A stretch of 64,000 bases of DNA from the human T2T-CHM13v2.0 reference genome, Homo sapiens: assembly GCF_009914755.1 (NCBI RefSeq), contig NC_060940.1; one strand, given 5' to 3'. Numbering within the stretch: position 1 is the stretch's first letter; each line of letters opens with the position of its first letter. The position numbers were made by a program, and so were the translations under genes. Under the pieces are notes generated by a model that saw nothing but the letters and a program-made list of their open reading frames with translations, made no database searches and was not told the DNA's origin. This document shows, in pieces, positions 15,301 through 30,500 of this stretch.

Positions 15301-18300
15301 GATGATTATTCCATTCGAGTGCATTAGATGATTCCATTCGAGTCCATTCGATGATTCCATTCGATTCCATTCGATGTTGATTCTGTTCAAATCCATTCGA
15401 TGATTCCACTCGATTCCATTCGATGACTCCAGTTGATCCCATTCGATGATTTCCTTTGATTCCCTTTGATGATCATTCCATTTGATTCAATTCGGTGATT
15501 TCATTTGATTCCATTCAGTGATGTTTCCATTCGACTCCATTCGATGATGATTCCATTCGACTCCATTCGATTATGATTTCATTCAATTCCATTCGATAAT
15601 GATTCCCTTCGAGTCCATTCGATGATTCCATTCGTTTCCATTCAACGATGATTTGATTCGTGTCCATTCGATGATTCCATTTGATTCCACTTGATGATGA
15701 TTCCATTCGAGTCCATTTGATGATTCCATTCAATTCCATTCTCCGATGATTTCTTTTGAGCCCATTCAATGCTTCCACTCGATTCCATATGATGATGACT
15801 CCATTCGATGAAATTCGATGATGATTCCATTCGCTTGCATTCGATGATGATTCCACTTGAGTCCATTAGAAGATTCTATTCAATTACATTCCATGACGAT
15901 TCCGTTCGAGTCCATTTGATGATTCCATTAGACTCCATTCGACGATGATTCCATTCGATGTTATTCGATGATTCCATTCGATCTCATTCGATGATGATTC
16001 CATTCAACTCCATTCGATGTTTCCATTCGAGTTCATTCTATTATTCCATTAGATTCCATTCGATGATGATTCCATTCGATTCCATTTGATGATTGCATTC
16101 TATTTCATTTGATGATGATTCCATTCGAGTCCACTCGATGATTCCATTCGAGTCCATTTAATGAATCCATTGGTTTCAATTCTATGATGATTACATTGGA
16201 TTCCATTCGTTGATGATTTCATTCGGTTCCATTCAATGATGATTCAATTCAATTCCTTTCAATGTTTCCATTCAATTCCATACGATGATGATTCCATTTG
16301 ATTTGATTCGACAATGAGCCATTCGATTCAATTCCATGATGATTCTATTTGATTCCATTGGTTGACATTTCCATTCGATTCCATTCGATGATGATTCCCT
16401 TTGATTCCATTCAAAGATGATTCCATTCTAGCCCATTCAATCATTCCATTCGAATCTATTCAATGATGATTCCATTCATGTCGATTTCGTGATTCCATTT
16501 GACTTCATTTGATGATGATTCCTTTCAAGTTCATTAGATGATTCCATTCGATTCCATTTGATGATGATCCCATTCGAGTCCATTCAGTGATTCCACTCGT
16601 TTCCATTCCATGATGATTCCATTCCATTCCATGCAATGATTCCATTCGATTCCGTTTGATGATGATTTCATTCGAGTCCATTTGATGATTCCATTTGATT
16701 CCATTCGATGATGATTCCATTCGAGTCCATTCGATGATTCTATTCGAATCCATTTGATGATTTCTTTTGATTATAGTTGGTGATGATTCCATTGGAGTCC
16801 ATTCAATGATTCCATTCGATTCCAATCGATGGTGATTCCATTAGAGTCCATTTAATGATTCCATTTGATTCCAGTCTCTGATGATTACATTCGAGTCCAT
16901 ACGATGATTCCACTCAATTCCATATCATGATGATTCCATTCGATTCCATTCGATGATTCCATTCTATTCTATTCAATGGTGATTCCATTCGAGTACATTA
17001 GATGATTCCATTCGATTCCATTCAATGATGATTCTATTTGTGTCCCTTAGATGATTCCACATGATTCCATTAGATGATGATACTATTTGAGCCCATCCAA
17101 TGATTCCCTTCGATTCCATTCGATGAGGATTCCATTCGATTCAATTCATTGGTGATTCTATTCAATTCAATTCTTTGATTCCATTCCATTCCATTCGACA
17201 ATGATTCCATTCGATTTCTTTCGATGATTCCACTCGATTCCACTTGACATTGATTCCCTTCGTTTCCATTCAATGATTCCATTTGATTCCAGTGGATGAT
17301 GATTGCCATCGATTCCATTTGATCACTCCATTCTATTCCACTTGATGATGATTACATTCGATTCCATTTGACGATTCCATCTGATTCTATTCGAGGATTC
17401 CATTTGATTCCATTCGATGATGATTCCATTCGAGTCCATTCGATGATATCATTCGAGTACATCCAATGATTCCATTCGAGTCCATTTGATGATTCCATTT
17501 GATTCCATTTGATAATGATTCTACTAGAGTCCATTCAATGACTCCATTGGAGTCCATTCAACAATTCCATTCGACTCCATTTGATGATTCCATTGGATTC
17601 CATTTGATGATTCCATTCGAGTCCATTTAATCATTACAGTCGAGTCCATTTGGTGATTCCACCGGATTTCTTTTGATAATGATACCATTCAATTACATTT
17701 GATGATGATCCCATTCAATTTCATTTGATGATGATTCCATTAGAGTCCATTCGATGATTTCATTCGAGTCCCTTCATTGATTCCATCCGATTTCATTGGA
17801 TGATGACTCCATTCGAGTCCATTCGATGATTCCACTCGATTCCATTAGATGATTCCATTGGAGTCCATTTGATTGTTCCATTCGATTCCATTCGATTCCT
17901 TTCGAAGATTATTCCATTTGAGTCCATTCGATGATGATTCCATTCCATTCCATTCGATGATTCCGTTTGATTCCATTTGATGATTCCCTTCGATTCCTTT
18001 CTTTGATGATTCCATTCCATTCCATTCAATGATTCCATTCGAATCTATTCCATGATGATTCCTTTCGATTCCATTCGCTGATGTTTCCGTTCAATTCCAT
18101 TCGATGATGATTCCATTCGATTCCATTCATTGAGGATTCCATTTGATTCCATTCAATGATGATTCCGTTCTATTCCATTCAATGATTGCATTCAATTCCA
18201 TTCAGTGATTATCCCCTTAGAGTAAACTCAACGATTCCATTCAATACCATTCGATGATGATTCCTTTTGAGTCCATTCAATGATTTCATTCAAGTCCATT

Positions 18301-18435
18301 TGATGATTCCTTTCAATTCCATTCTATGATGATTCCATTCGAGTCCATTCGATGATTCCATTCGATTGCATTCGATTATTCCATTATATTCCAGTCAACG
18401 ATGATTCCATTCGAGTCCATTCGATGATTCCATTA
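12324..18435 (+). repeat. 6.1-kb higher-order unit copy 3 (canonical 6,112 bp)
   Basis: Landmark at 12324 and 18436. Confidence 0.96.
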
Positions 18436-21400
18436 GAGTACATTTAATGATTGCTTTGTTTTCAATTCGAAGATGATTACATTGGATTCCATTCTATGAT
18501 ACCATTCGATTCCATTCAATGATGATTCCACTCAAATCCATTGGATGATTCCATTCGTGTCCATTCGGTGATTTCCTTAGATTCCATTCGAGGATGATTC
18601 CATTCGATTCCATTCGATGATTCCATTCAATTCCATTCGAGGATGATTCCATTCCAGTCCATATGATCATTCCATTTGATTTCATTCGATGATGATTCCA
18701 TTCGATTCCATTCGATGATTCCATTCTATTCCATTCGATGATGATTCCATTCGAGTCCATTCGATGATTCCATTCGAGTCCATTTAATGATTCCATTGGG
18801 TTCAATTCAATGATGATTACATTGGATTCCGTTCTATGATTCCATTCAATTCCGTTCATTGACAATTTGATTCCATTCGATGATGATTCCATTTGAGTTC
18901 ATTCGATGATTCTATTCGATTCTCTTCGATGGTGATTCAATTCTATTATGTTGGATGATTCCATTCGATTCCATTCGATGATTCCATTTGATTTCATGCG
19001 TCGGTGAGCAATTCGATTCAATTCCATGATGATTCTATTTGATTCAATTAGATGATGTTTCCATTCGAATCCATTCCATGATTATTCCATTGGAATCCAT
19101 TCGGCGATGATTCCATATGAGTCAATTCAATGATGATTCCATATGGGTCCGTTCGATGATAATTCCATTTGATTTCATTCGGTGCTTCTATTCAATTCCA
19201 GTCGATGATGATTCCGTTGGAGTCCATACGATGATTCCATTTGATTTCATTTGATGATGATTCCATTCGATGATGATTACATTGGATTCCATTCTATGAT
19301 TCCATTCAATTCCATTCGTTGATGATTCGATTCCATTCAATGATGATTCCATTTGAGTTCATTCGATGATTCTATTCGATTCCGTTCGATGGTGATTCAA
19401 TTCTCTTATATTGGATGAATCCACTCGATTCCATTTGATGATTATTCCATTGGAGTCCACTTAGTGAATCCTTCAGATTCTACTCGAAGATGATTCCATT
19501 CAAGTCCATTCGATGATACCATTCAATTCCATTCGTTGATGCTTCCATTCAAGTGCATTCGATGATATCATTCGATTCCATTTGATGATAATTCCATTTG
19601 ATTCCATGCGATGATTCTATTCGATTCCATTCAATGATAATTCCATTCAGTTCAGTGATTCCTCTGGACTCCATTTGATGATGATTCCATTCAATGATTC
19701 CATTCGATTCTATTCGAAAGTGATTCCATTTGAATCCATTTGATGATGATTCCATTAGATTCCATTTGATGATTCCATTCGATTCCATGCGACGATGGTT
19801 CCATTCGATTCCATGTGATGATTCCATTCTATTCTATTCGATGATGATTCCATTCGATTCCATTCGATGATGATTGGATTCGATTCCATTTGATGATATC
19901 ATTTGATTCCATTCGTTAATGATTTCGATCAATTCCATTCGATGATTCCATTCGATTCCATTCGATGATGATTGGATTTGATTCCATTTGATGATTTCAT
20001 TTGATTCCATTCGTTAATGATTTCGATCAGTTCCATTCGATGATTCCATTCGATTCCATTCGATAATGATTACATCCGTGTCCATTCAATGATTCCATTT
20101 GAGACTGTTCGATAATTCCATTTGAGTCCAACCAATGATTCCATTCATTTCCATTCAATGATTCCATTCGAGTCCATTTGATCATTCCGGTAGGGTCCAT
20201 TCGATGTTCATTCCATTGGAGTGCATTCGATGATTCCATTCGAGTCCATTTTATGATTTGATTCGAGTCCTTTCGATGATTCCATTCGATTCCACTCGAT
20301 GATGATTTCATTCGAGTCCATTCGACACTTCCAATCGATTCCATTTGATGTTTCCATTCGAGTCCAATTGATGATTCCATTCAATTCCATTCGATGATGA
20401 TTCCGTACGATTCCATTCTGTGATGATTCCATGTGATTGCATTCAATGATGATTCCTTTAGATTGCATTCGATTGTGATTCATTTCGTCTTCATTCTATG
20501 GTTCCACAGGTTTCCATTCGTGTCCATTCCATTATTCCATTCTATTCCATTTGATGATGATTCCATTCGATTCCATTCATTGGTGATTCCACTCAATTCC
20601 ATTCAATGATTCCATTCCATTTCTTTCAACAATGATTCCATTAGTTTCTATTCGATGATCCACTTGATTCCACTTGACGACGATTCCATTCGTGTCCATT
20701 CGATGATTCCATTTGATTCCATATGATGATGATTCCATTCGATTCCATACGATGATGATTCCATTCGAGTCCATTCAATGGTGATTCCATTCAATTCCAT
20801 TCGATGATTCCTTTCGATTCCATTCGATGATGATGGCATTCGATTCCTTTCAATCATTCCCTTTGATTGCATTCAAAGGTGATTTCACTCAAGTCCATTC
20901 GATAATTGCATTCGATTCCATTTTATGATGATTCCATTCGAGTCCATTTGATGATTCCATTCAATTCAAGTCAATGATGATTCCATTCGATTCCATTCGA
21001 TGATTCCATTGGATTCCATTCGATGATGATTCCATTCAAATCCATTCGATAATTCAATTCAAGTCCATTCGATGATGATTAAAATCGAATCCATTCAAAG
21101 ATTCCATTCAGTTCCATTCGATGATTCCCTTAGATTCCATTCGATGATTCCACTTGATTTCATTTACGATGATTCCATTCGATTCCATGTGATGATTCCA
21201 TTCAATTCTATTCAATGCTGTTTCCATTTCTTTCCATTCGACCATGATTGCCTTTGATTCCATTCAATGACTCCATTCGGTTCCTTTTGATGATGATTCC
21301 GTTCGATTCCATTTCATTATTCCATTTGATTCCATTGGATGAGTCCATTCGATTACATTCGATGATTATTCCATTCGAGTGCATTAGATGATTCCATTCG

Positions 21401-24400
21401 AGTCCATTCGATGATTCCATTCGATTCCATTCGATGTTGATTCTGTTCAAATCCATTCGATGATTCCACTCGATTCCATTCGATGACTCCAGTTGATCCC
21501 ATTCGATGATTTCCTTTGATTCCCTTTGATGATCATTCCATTTGATTCAATTCGGTGATTTCATTTGATTCCATTCAGTGATGTTTCCATTCGACTCCAT
21601 TCGATGATGATTCCATTCGACTCCATTCGAGTATGATTTCATTCAATTCCATTCGATAATGATTCCCTTCGAGTCCATTCGATGATTCCATTCGATTCCA
21701 TTCAACGATGATTTGATTCGTGTCCATTCGATGATTCCATTTGATTCCACTTGATGATGATTCCATTCGAGTCCATTTGATGATTCCATTCAATTCCATT
21801 CTCCGATGATTTCTTTTGAGCCCATTCAATGCTTCCACTCGATTCCATATGATGATGACTCCATTCGATGAAATTCGATGATGATTCCATTCGCTTGCTT
21901 TCGATGATGATTCCACTTGAGTCCATTAGAAGATTCTATTCAATTACATTCCATGACGATTCCGTTCGAGTCCATTTGATGATTCCATTAGACTCCATTC
22001 GACGATGATTCCATTCGATGTTATTCGATGATTCCATTCGATCTCATTCGATGATGATTCCATTCAACTCCATTCGATGTTTCCATTCGAGTTCATTCTA
22101 TTATTCCATTAGATTCCATTCGATGATGATTCCATTCGATTCCATTTGATGATTGCATTCTATTTCATTTGATGATGATTCCATTCGAGTCCACTCGATG
22201 ATTCCATTCGAGTCCATTTAATGAATCCATTGGTTTCAATTCTATGATGATTACATTGGATTCCATTCGTTGATGATTTCATTCGGTTCCATTCAATGAT
22301 GATTCAATTCAATTCCTTTCAATGTTTCCATTCAATTCCATACGATGATTATTCCATTTGATTTGATTCGACAGTGAGCCATTCGATTCAATTCCATGAT
22401 GATTCTATTTGATTCCATTGGTTGACATTTCCATTCGATTCCATTCGATGATGATTCCCTTTGATTCCATTCAAAGATGATTCCATTCTAGCCCATTCAA
22501 TCATTCCATTCGATTCTATTCAATGATGATTCCATTCATGTCGATTTGGTGATTCCATTTGACTTCATTTGATGATGATTCCTTTCAAGTTCATTAGATG
22601 ATTCCATTCGATTCCATTTGATGATGATCCCATTCGAGTCCATTCAGTGATTCCACTCGTTTCCATTCCATGATGATTCCATTCCATTCCATGCAATGAT
22701 TCCATTCGATTCCGTTTGATGATGATTTCATTCGAGTCCATTTGATGATTCCATTTGATTCCATTCGATGATGATTCCATTCGAGTCCATTCGATGATTC
22801 TATTCGAATCCATTTGATGATTTCTTTTGATTATAGTTGGTGATGATTCCATTGGAGTCCATTCAATGATTCCATTCGATTCCAATCGATGGTGATTCCA
22901 TTAGAGTCCATTTAATGATTCCATTTGATTCCAGTCTCTGATGATTACATTTGAGTCCATACGATGATTCCACTCAATTCCATATGATGATGATTCCATT
23001 CGATTCCATTCGATGATTCCATTCTATTCTATTCAATGGTGATTCCATTCGAGTACATTAGATGATTCCATTCGATTCCATTCAATGATGATTCTATTTG
23101 TGTCCCTTAGATGATTCCACATGATTCCATTAGATGATGATACTATTTGAGCCCATCCAATGATTCCCTTCGATTCCATTCGATGAGGATTCCATTCGAT
23201 TCAATTCATTGGTGATTCTATTCAATTCAATTCTTTGATTCCATTCCATTCCATTCGACAATGATTCCATTCGATTTCTTTCGATGATTCCACTCGATTC
23301 CACTTGACATTGATTCCCTTCGATTCCATTCAATGATTCCATTTGATTCCAGTGGATGATGATTGCCATCGATTCCATTCGATCACTCCATTCTATTCCA
23401 CTTGATGATGATTACATTCGATTCCATTTGACGATTCCATCTGATTCTATTCGAGGATTCCATTTGATTCCATTCGATGATGATTCCATTCGAGTCCATT
23501 CGATGATATCATTCGAGTACATCCAATGATTCCATTCGAGTCCATTTGATGATTCCATTTGATTCCATTTGATAATGATTCTACTAGAGTCCATTCAATG
23601 ACTCCATTGGAGTCCATTCAACAATTCCATTCGACTCCATTTGATGATTCCATTGGATTCCATTTGATGATTCCATTCGAGTCCATTTAATCATTACAGT
23701 CGAGTCCATTTGGTGATTCCACCGGATTTCTTTTGATAATGATACCATTCAATTACATTTGATGATGATCCCATTCAATTTCATTTGATGATGATTCCAT
23801 TAGAGTCCATTCGATGATTTCATTCGAGTCCCTTCATTGATTCCATCCGATTTTATTGGATGATGACTCCATTCGAGTCCATTCGATGATTCCACTCGAT
23901 TCCATTAGATGATTCCATTGGAGTCCATTTGATTGTTCCATTCGATTCCATTCGATTCCTTTCGAAGATTATTCCATTTGAGTCCATTCGATGATGATTC
24001 CATTCCATTCCATTCGATGATTCCGTTTGATTCCATTCGATGATTCCCTTCGATTCCTTTCTTTGATGATTCCATTCCATTCCATTCAATGATTCCATTC
24101 GAATCTATTCCATGATGATTCCTTTCGATTCCATTCGCTGATGTTTCCGTTCAATTCCATTCGATGATGATTCCATTCGATTCCATTCATTGAGGATTCC
24201 ATTTGATTCCATTCAATGATGATTCCGTTCTATTCCATTCAATGATTGCATTCAATTCCATTCAGTGATTATCCCCTTAGAGTAAACTCAACGATTCCAT
24301 TCAATACCATTCGATGATGATTCCTTTTGAGTCCATTCAATGATTTCATTCAAGTCCATTTGATGATTCCTTTCAATTCCATTCTATGATGATTCCATTC

Positions 24401-24495
24401 GAGTCCATTCGATGATTCCATTCGATTGCATTCGATGATTCCATTATATTCCAGTCAACAATGAATCCATTCGAGTCCATTCGATGATTCCATTA
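18436..24495 (+). repeat. 6.1-kb higher-order unit copy 4 (6,060 bp = 6,112 - 150 + 98)
   Basis: Landmark at 18436 and 24496; 150-bp deletion junction near 18955-18976; 98-bp duplication (TGGATT at 19875 and 19973). Confidence 0.94.
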
Positions 24496-27400
24496 GAGTA
24501 CATTTAATGATTGCTTTGTTTTCAATTCGAAGATGATTACATTGGATTCCATTCTATGATACCATTCGATTCCATTCAATGATGATTCCACTCAAATCCA
24601 TTGGATGATTCCATTCGTGTCCATTCGGTGATTTCCTTAGATTCCATTCGAGGATGATTCCATTCGATTCCATTCGATGATTCCATTCAATTCCATTCGA
24701 GGATGATTCCATTCCAGTCCATATGATCATTCCATTTGATTTCATTCGATGATGATTCCATTCGATTCCATTCGATGATTCCATTCTATTCCATTCGATG
24801 ATGATTCCATTCGAGTCCATTCGATGATTCCATTCGAGTCCATTTAATGATTCCATTGGGTTCAATTCAATGATGATTACATTGGATTCCGTTCTATGAT
24901 TCCATTCAATTCCGTTCATTGACAATTTGATTCCATTCGATGATGATTCCATTTGAGTTCATTCGATGATTCTATTCGATTCTCTTCGATGGTGATTCAA
25001 TTCTATTATATTGGATGATTCCATTCGATTCCATTTGATGTTGATTCAATTCGATTCTATTCGATGATGATTCCATTGGATTTCACTTGATGATTCTATT
25101 CGATTCCATTCAATGATGATTCACTTCTCGTCCATTGGATGATTCCATTTCATTCCATTCGATGATGATTCCATTCGATTCCATTCGATGATTCCATTTG
25201 ATTCCATGCGTCGGTGAGCAATTCGATTCAATTCCATGATGATTCTATTTGATTCAATTAGATGATGTTTCCATTCGAATCCATTCCATGATTATTCCAT
25301 TGGAATCCATTCGGCGATGATTCCATATGAGTCAATTCAATGATGATTCCATATGGGTCCGTTCGATGATAATTCCATTTGATTTCATTCGGTGCTTCTA
25401 TTCAATTCCAGTCGATGATGATTCCGTTGGAGTCCATACGATGATTCCATTTGATTTCATTTGATGATGATTCCATTCGATGATGATTACATTGGATTCC
25501 ATTCTATGATTCCATTCAATTCCATTCGTTGATGATTCGATTCCATTCAATGATGATTCCATTTGAGTTCATTCGATGATTCTATTCGATTCCGTTCGAT
25601 GGTGATTCAATTCTCTTATATTGGATGATTCCACTCGATTCCATTTGATGATTATTCCATTGGAGTCCACTTAGGGAATCCTTCAGATTCTTCTCGAAGA
25701 TGAATCCATTCAAGTCCATTCAATCATACCATTCAATTTCATTCGTTGATGCTTCCATTCAAGTGCATTCGATGATATCATTCGATTCCATTTGATGATA
25801 ATTCCATTTGATTCCATGCGATGATTCTATTCGATTCCATTCAATGATAATTCCATTCAGTTCAGTGATTCCTCTGAACTCCATTTGATGATGATTCCAT
25901 TCAATGATTCCATTCGATTCTATTCCAAAATGATTCCATTTGAATCCATTTGATGATGATTCCATTAGATTCCATTTGATGATTCCATTCGATTCCATGC
26001 GACGATGATTCCATTCAATTCCATGTGATGATTCCATTCTATTCTATTCGATGATGATTCCATTCGATTCCATTCGATGATGATTGGATTCGATTCCATT
26101 TGATGATTTCATTTGATTCCATTCGTTAATGATTTCGATCAATTCCATTCGATGATTCCATTCGATTCCATTCGATAATGATTACATCCGTGTCCATTCA
26201 ATGATTCCATTTGAGCCTGTTCGATAATTCCATTTGAGTCCAACCAATGATTCCATTCATTTCCCTTCAATGATTCCATTCGAGTCCATTTGATCATTCC
26301 GGTAGGGTCCATTCGATGTTGATTCCATTGGAGTGCATTCGATGATTCCATTCGAGTCCATTTTAGGATTTGATTCGAGTCCTTTCGATGATTCCATTCG
26401 ATTCCACTCGATGATGATTTCATTCGAGTCCATTCGACACTTCCAATCGATTCCATTTGATGTTTCCATTCGAGTCCAATTGATGATTCCATTCAATTCC
26501 ATTCGATGATGATTCCGTACGATTCCATTCTGTGATGATTCCATGTGATTGCATTCAATGATGATTCCTTTAGATTGCATTCGATTGTGATTCATTTCGT
26601 CTTCATTCTATGGTTCCACTGGTTTCCATTCGTGTCCATTCCATTATTCCATTCTATTCCATTTGATGATGATTCCATTCGATTCCATTCATTGGTGATT
26701 CCACTCAATTCCATTCAATGATTCCATTCCATTTCTTTCAACAATGATTCCATTACTTTCTAATCGATGATCCACTTGATTCCATTTGACGACGATTCCA
26801 TTCTTGTCCATTCGATGATTCCATTTGATTCCATATGATGATGATTCCATTCGATTCCATACCATGATGATTCCATTCGAGTCCATTCAATGGTGATTCC
26901 ATTCAATTCCATTCGATGATTCCTTTTGATTCCATTCGATGATGATGGCATTCGATTCCTTTCAATCATACCCTTTGATTCCATTGAAAGGTGATTTCAT
27001 TCAAGTCCATTCGATAATTGCATTCGATTCCATTCTATGATGATTCCATTCGAGTCCATTTGATGATTCCATTCAATTCAAGTCAATGATGATTCCATTC
27101 GATTCCATTCGATGATTCCATTGGATTCCATTCGATGATGATTCCATTCAAATCCATTCGATAATTCAATTCAAGTCCATTCGATGATGATTAAAATCGA
27201 ATCCATTCAAAGATTCCATTCAGTTCCATTCGATGATTCCCTTAGATTCCATTCGATGATTCCACTTGATTTCATTTACGATGATTCCATTTGATTCCAT
27301 GTGATGATTCCATTCAATTCTATTCAATGCTGTTTCCGTTTGATTCCATTCGACCATGATTGCCTTTGATTCCATTCAATGACTCCATTCGGTTCCTTTT

Positions 27401-27593
27401 GATGATGATTCCGTTCGATTCCATTTCATTATTCCATTTGATTCCATTGGATGAGTCCATTCGATTACATTCGATGATTATTCCATTCGAGTGCATAAGA
27501 TGATTCCATTCGAGTCCATTCGATGATTCCATTCGATTCCATTCGATGTTGATTCTGTTCAAATCCATTCGATGATTCCACTCGATTCCATTC
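24496..27593 (+). repeat. Truncated 6.1-kb unit copy 5 (first ~3.1 kb)
   Basis: Collinear with unit 2 until ...CCACTCGATTCCATTC, then continues AGTGATGATTCC instead of GATGACTCCAGTTG. Confidence 0.92.
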
Positions 27594-30500
27594 AGTGATG
27601 ATTCCATTTGATTCCATCTGATGATGATTTCATTTGATTCCATTCGATGATGATTCCATTGTAGTCCATTGAATGATTCAATTCAATTCCATTCCATGTG
27701 GATTCCATTCGAATTCATTCGATTATTCCATTCAAATCCCTTCGTTGATTCCATCTGATTCCACTTGACGATGATTCCATTCAAGTCCAATCGATGATTC
27801 CATTCGGTTCCATTCAGTGATTCCATTCGAGTCCATTTATGTATTATATTCGTGTCCACTTGATGACTCACTCCATTCAATTCCATTTAATGATGATTCC
27901 ATTTGATTCCATTTGATGATTCAGTTCGATTCCTTACAATGATTCCCTACGATTCCTTTCTATGATGATTCCATTCGATTCCATTCATTGATGATTCCAT
28001 TCGACTCCATTCGATGATGATTCCTTTCGATTCCATTTGACGATGTTTCCATTTGAGTCCATTCGATGATGATTCAATTCAGTTCTGTTCTATTATGAAT
28101 CCATTCGATTTCATTCAATGCTTCTATTTGATTCCATTCGACGATGATTCCATCTCTTTCCCTTCGATGTTTCCATTTGATTCCATTCAGTGATGATTCC
28201 ATTTGATTCCATCTGATGATGATTTCACTTGATTCATTTCAATGATGATTCCATTCAAGTCCATTCGATGATTCCATTGGAGTCCAAACGATCATTCCAT
28301 TCGATTCCATTCAATGATGATTCCATTCATGTCCATTCAATGAATCCTTTCAATTCCATTCGATGATGACTCCATTCGAGTACATTCGATGATTCCATTT
28401 GATTCCATTTGATGATGATTACATTCAATTCCATTCGAAGATGATTCCATTCAATTCCACTTGATGATGATTCCGTATGAATCCATTCGCTGATTATTCC
28501 ATTCGATTCCATTCATTGACGATTCCATTCGATTCCATTCAATGATGATGCTCTTCTATTCCATTCGATGATTCCGGTCGATTCCATTCGATGATGATTC
28601 CATTAGATTCCATTCGATTGTTGCATTCGATTCCCTTCGATGATGATTCCTTTGAATTCCATTCGATTATGATTCCGTATGAATCCATTTGATGATTATT
28701 CCATTGGATTCCTTTCGATGATGATTCCATTCGATTCCATTTGATGATGTTTCTCATGTATTCCATTTGATAATTCCTTTCAATTCCCTTCGATGATGAT
28801 TCTTTCGAGTCAATTCGATGATTCTATTCCATTCCCTTCGATGATGATTCCATTTCACTCCATTCGATGATTCCATTCGATTCAATTTGGTGATGATTCA
28901 ATTCGATGACATTCGATGACTCCATTCAATTTCATTTGATGATGATTACATTCGAGTCCATTTGATGATTGTATTCCTTTCCTTTTGATGAATATTCCAT
29001 TCGTGTCTATTCAAAGATTCCATTCTATTCCATTCAATGATGATTCCAATTGATTCCATTCAATGATTATGGCTATCGATTCCACTCGTTGATTCCATTT
29101 GATTCCATTCGATGATTATTCCGTTAGATTCCATTAGGAGATTCCATTCGATTTTATTCAATGATTCCAATTGATTCCATTCAATGATGATTCCATTCGA
29201 CTCCATTCAGTGATTCCATTTGAGTCCATTTGATGATTCCATTCGAGTCCATTTGATGATTCCATTCTTTTCCATTTGATGATGATTCCATTAGGGTCCA
29301 TTCAATGATTCCATTCGAGTCCATTCGTTAATGCCTTTCGAGTCCTTTTGATCACTACATTCGAGTCCATTCAATGATTCTATTCGATTCCATTCCATGA
29401 TGATTCCATTCGAGTTCATTCGATGATTGCATTCGAGTCCATTTGATGATTCCATAAGATTCCATTCGACAATGATTCCATTCGAGTCCATTTGATGATT
29501 CCATTCATTTCCTATCGATGAAGATTCCATTCGAGTGTATTCGATGATTCCATTCAAATCCATTCGATGATGATTCCATTCCAGTCCATTCGATCATTCC
29601 ACTTGATTCCATTTGATGACTATTCCATTCAAATCCATTTGATGATTCCATTCGATTCCATTCGATGTTACCATTCCAGTATATACGATGATTCCACTCG
29701 ATTCCATTTGATGATTATTCCATTGGAGTCGACTTAGTGAATCCTTTAGATTCTACTCGAAGATGATTCCATTCGAGTCCATTCGATGATACCATTCAAT
29801 TCCATTCGTTGATGCTTCCATTCAAGTGCATTCGATGATATCATTCGATTCCATTTGATGATAATTCCATTTGATTCCATGTGATGATTCTATTCCATTC
29901 CATTCAATGATAATTCCATTCAATTCAGTGATTCCTCTGGACTCCATTTGATGATGATTCCATTCAATGATTCCATTCGATTCTATTCGAAAATGATTCC
30001 ATTTGAATCCATTTGATGATGATTCCATTCGATTCCATTTGATGATTCCATTCGATTCCATTCGACGATGATTCCATTCGATTCCATTTGATGATTCCAT
30101 TCTATTCTATTCGATGATGATTCCATTCGATTCCATTCGATGATGATTGGATTCGATTCCATTTGATGATTTCATTTGATTCCATTCGATGATGATTTCG
30201 ATCAATTCCATTCGATGATTCCATTCGATTCCATTTGATAATGATTACATCCGAGTCCATTCGATGATTCCATTTGAGCCCGTTCGATAATTCCATTTGA
30301 GTCCAATCAATGATTCCATTCATTTCCATTCAATGATTCCATTCGAGTCCATTTGATCATTCCGGTAGGGTCCGTTCGATGTTGATTCCATTGGAGTGCA
30401 TTCGATGATTCCATTCGAGTCCATTTTAGGATTTGATTCGAGTCCTTTCGATGATTCCATTCGATTCCACTCGATGCGATGATGATTTCATTCGAGTCCA

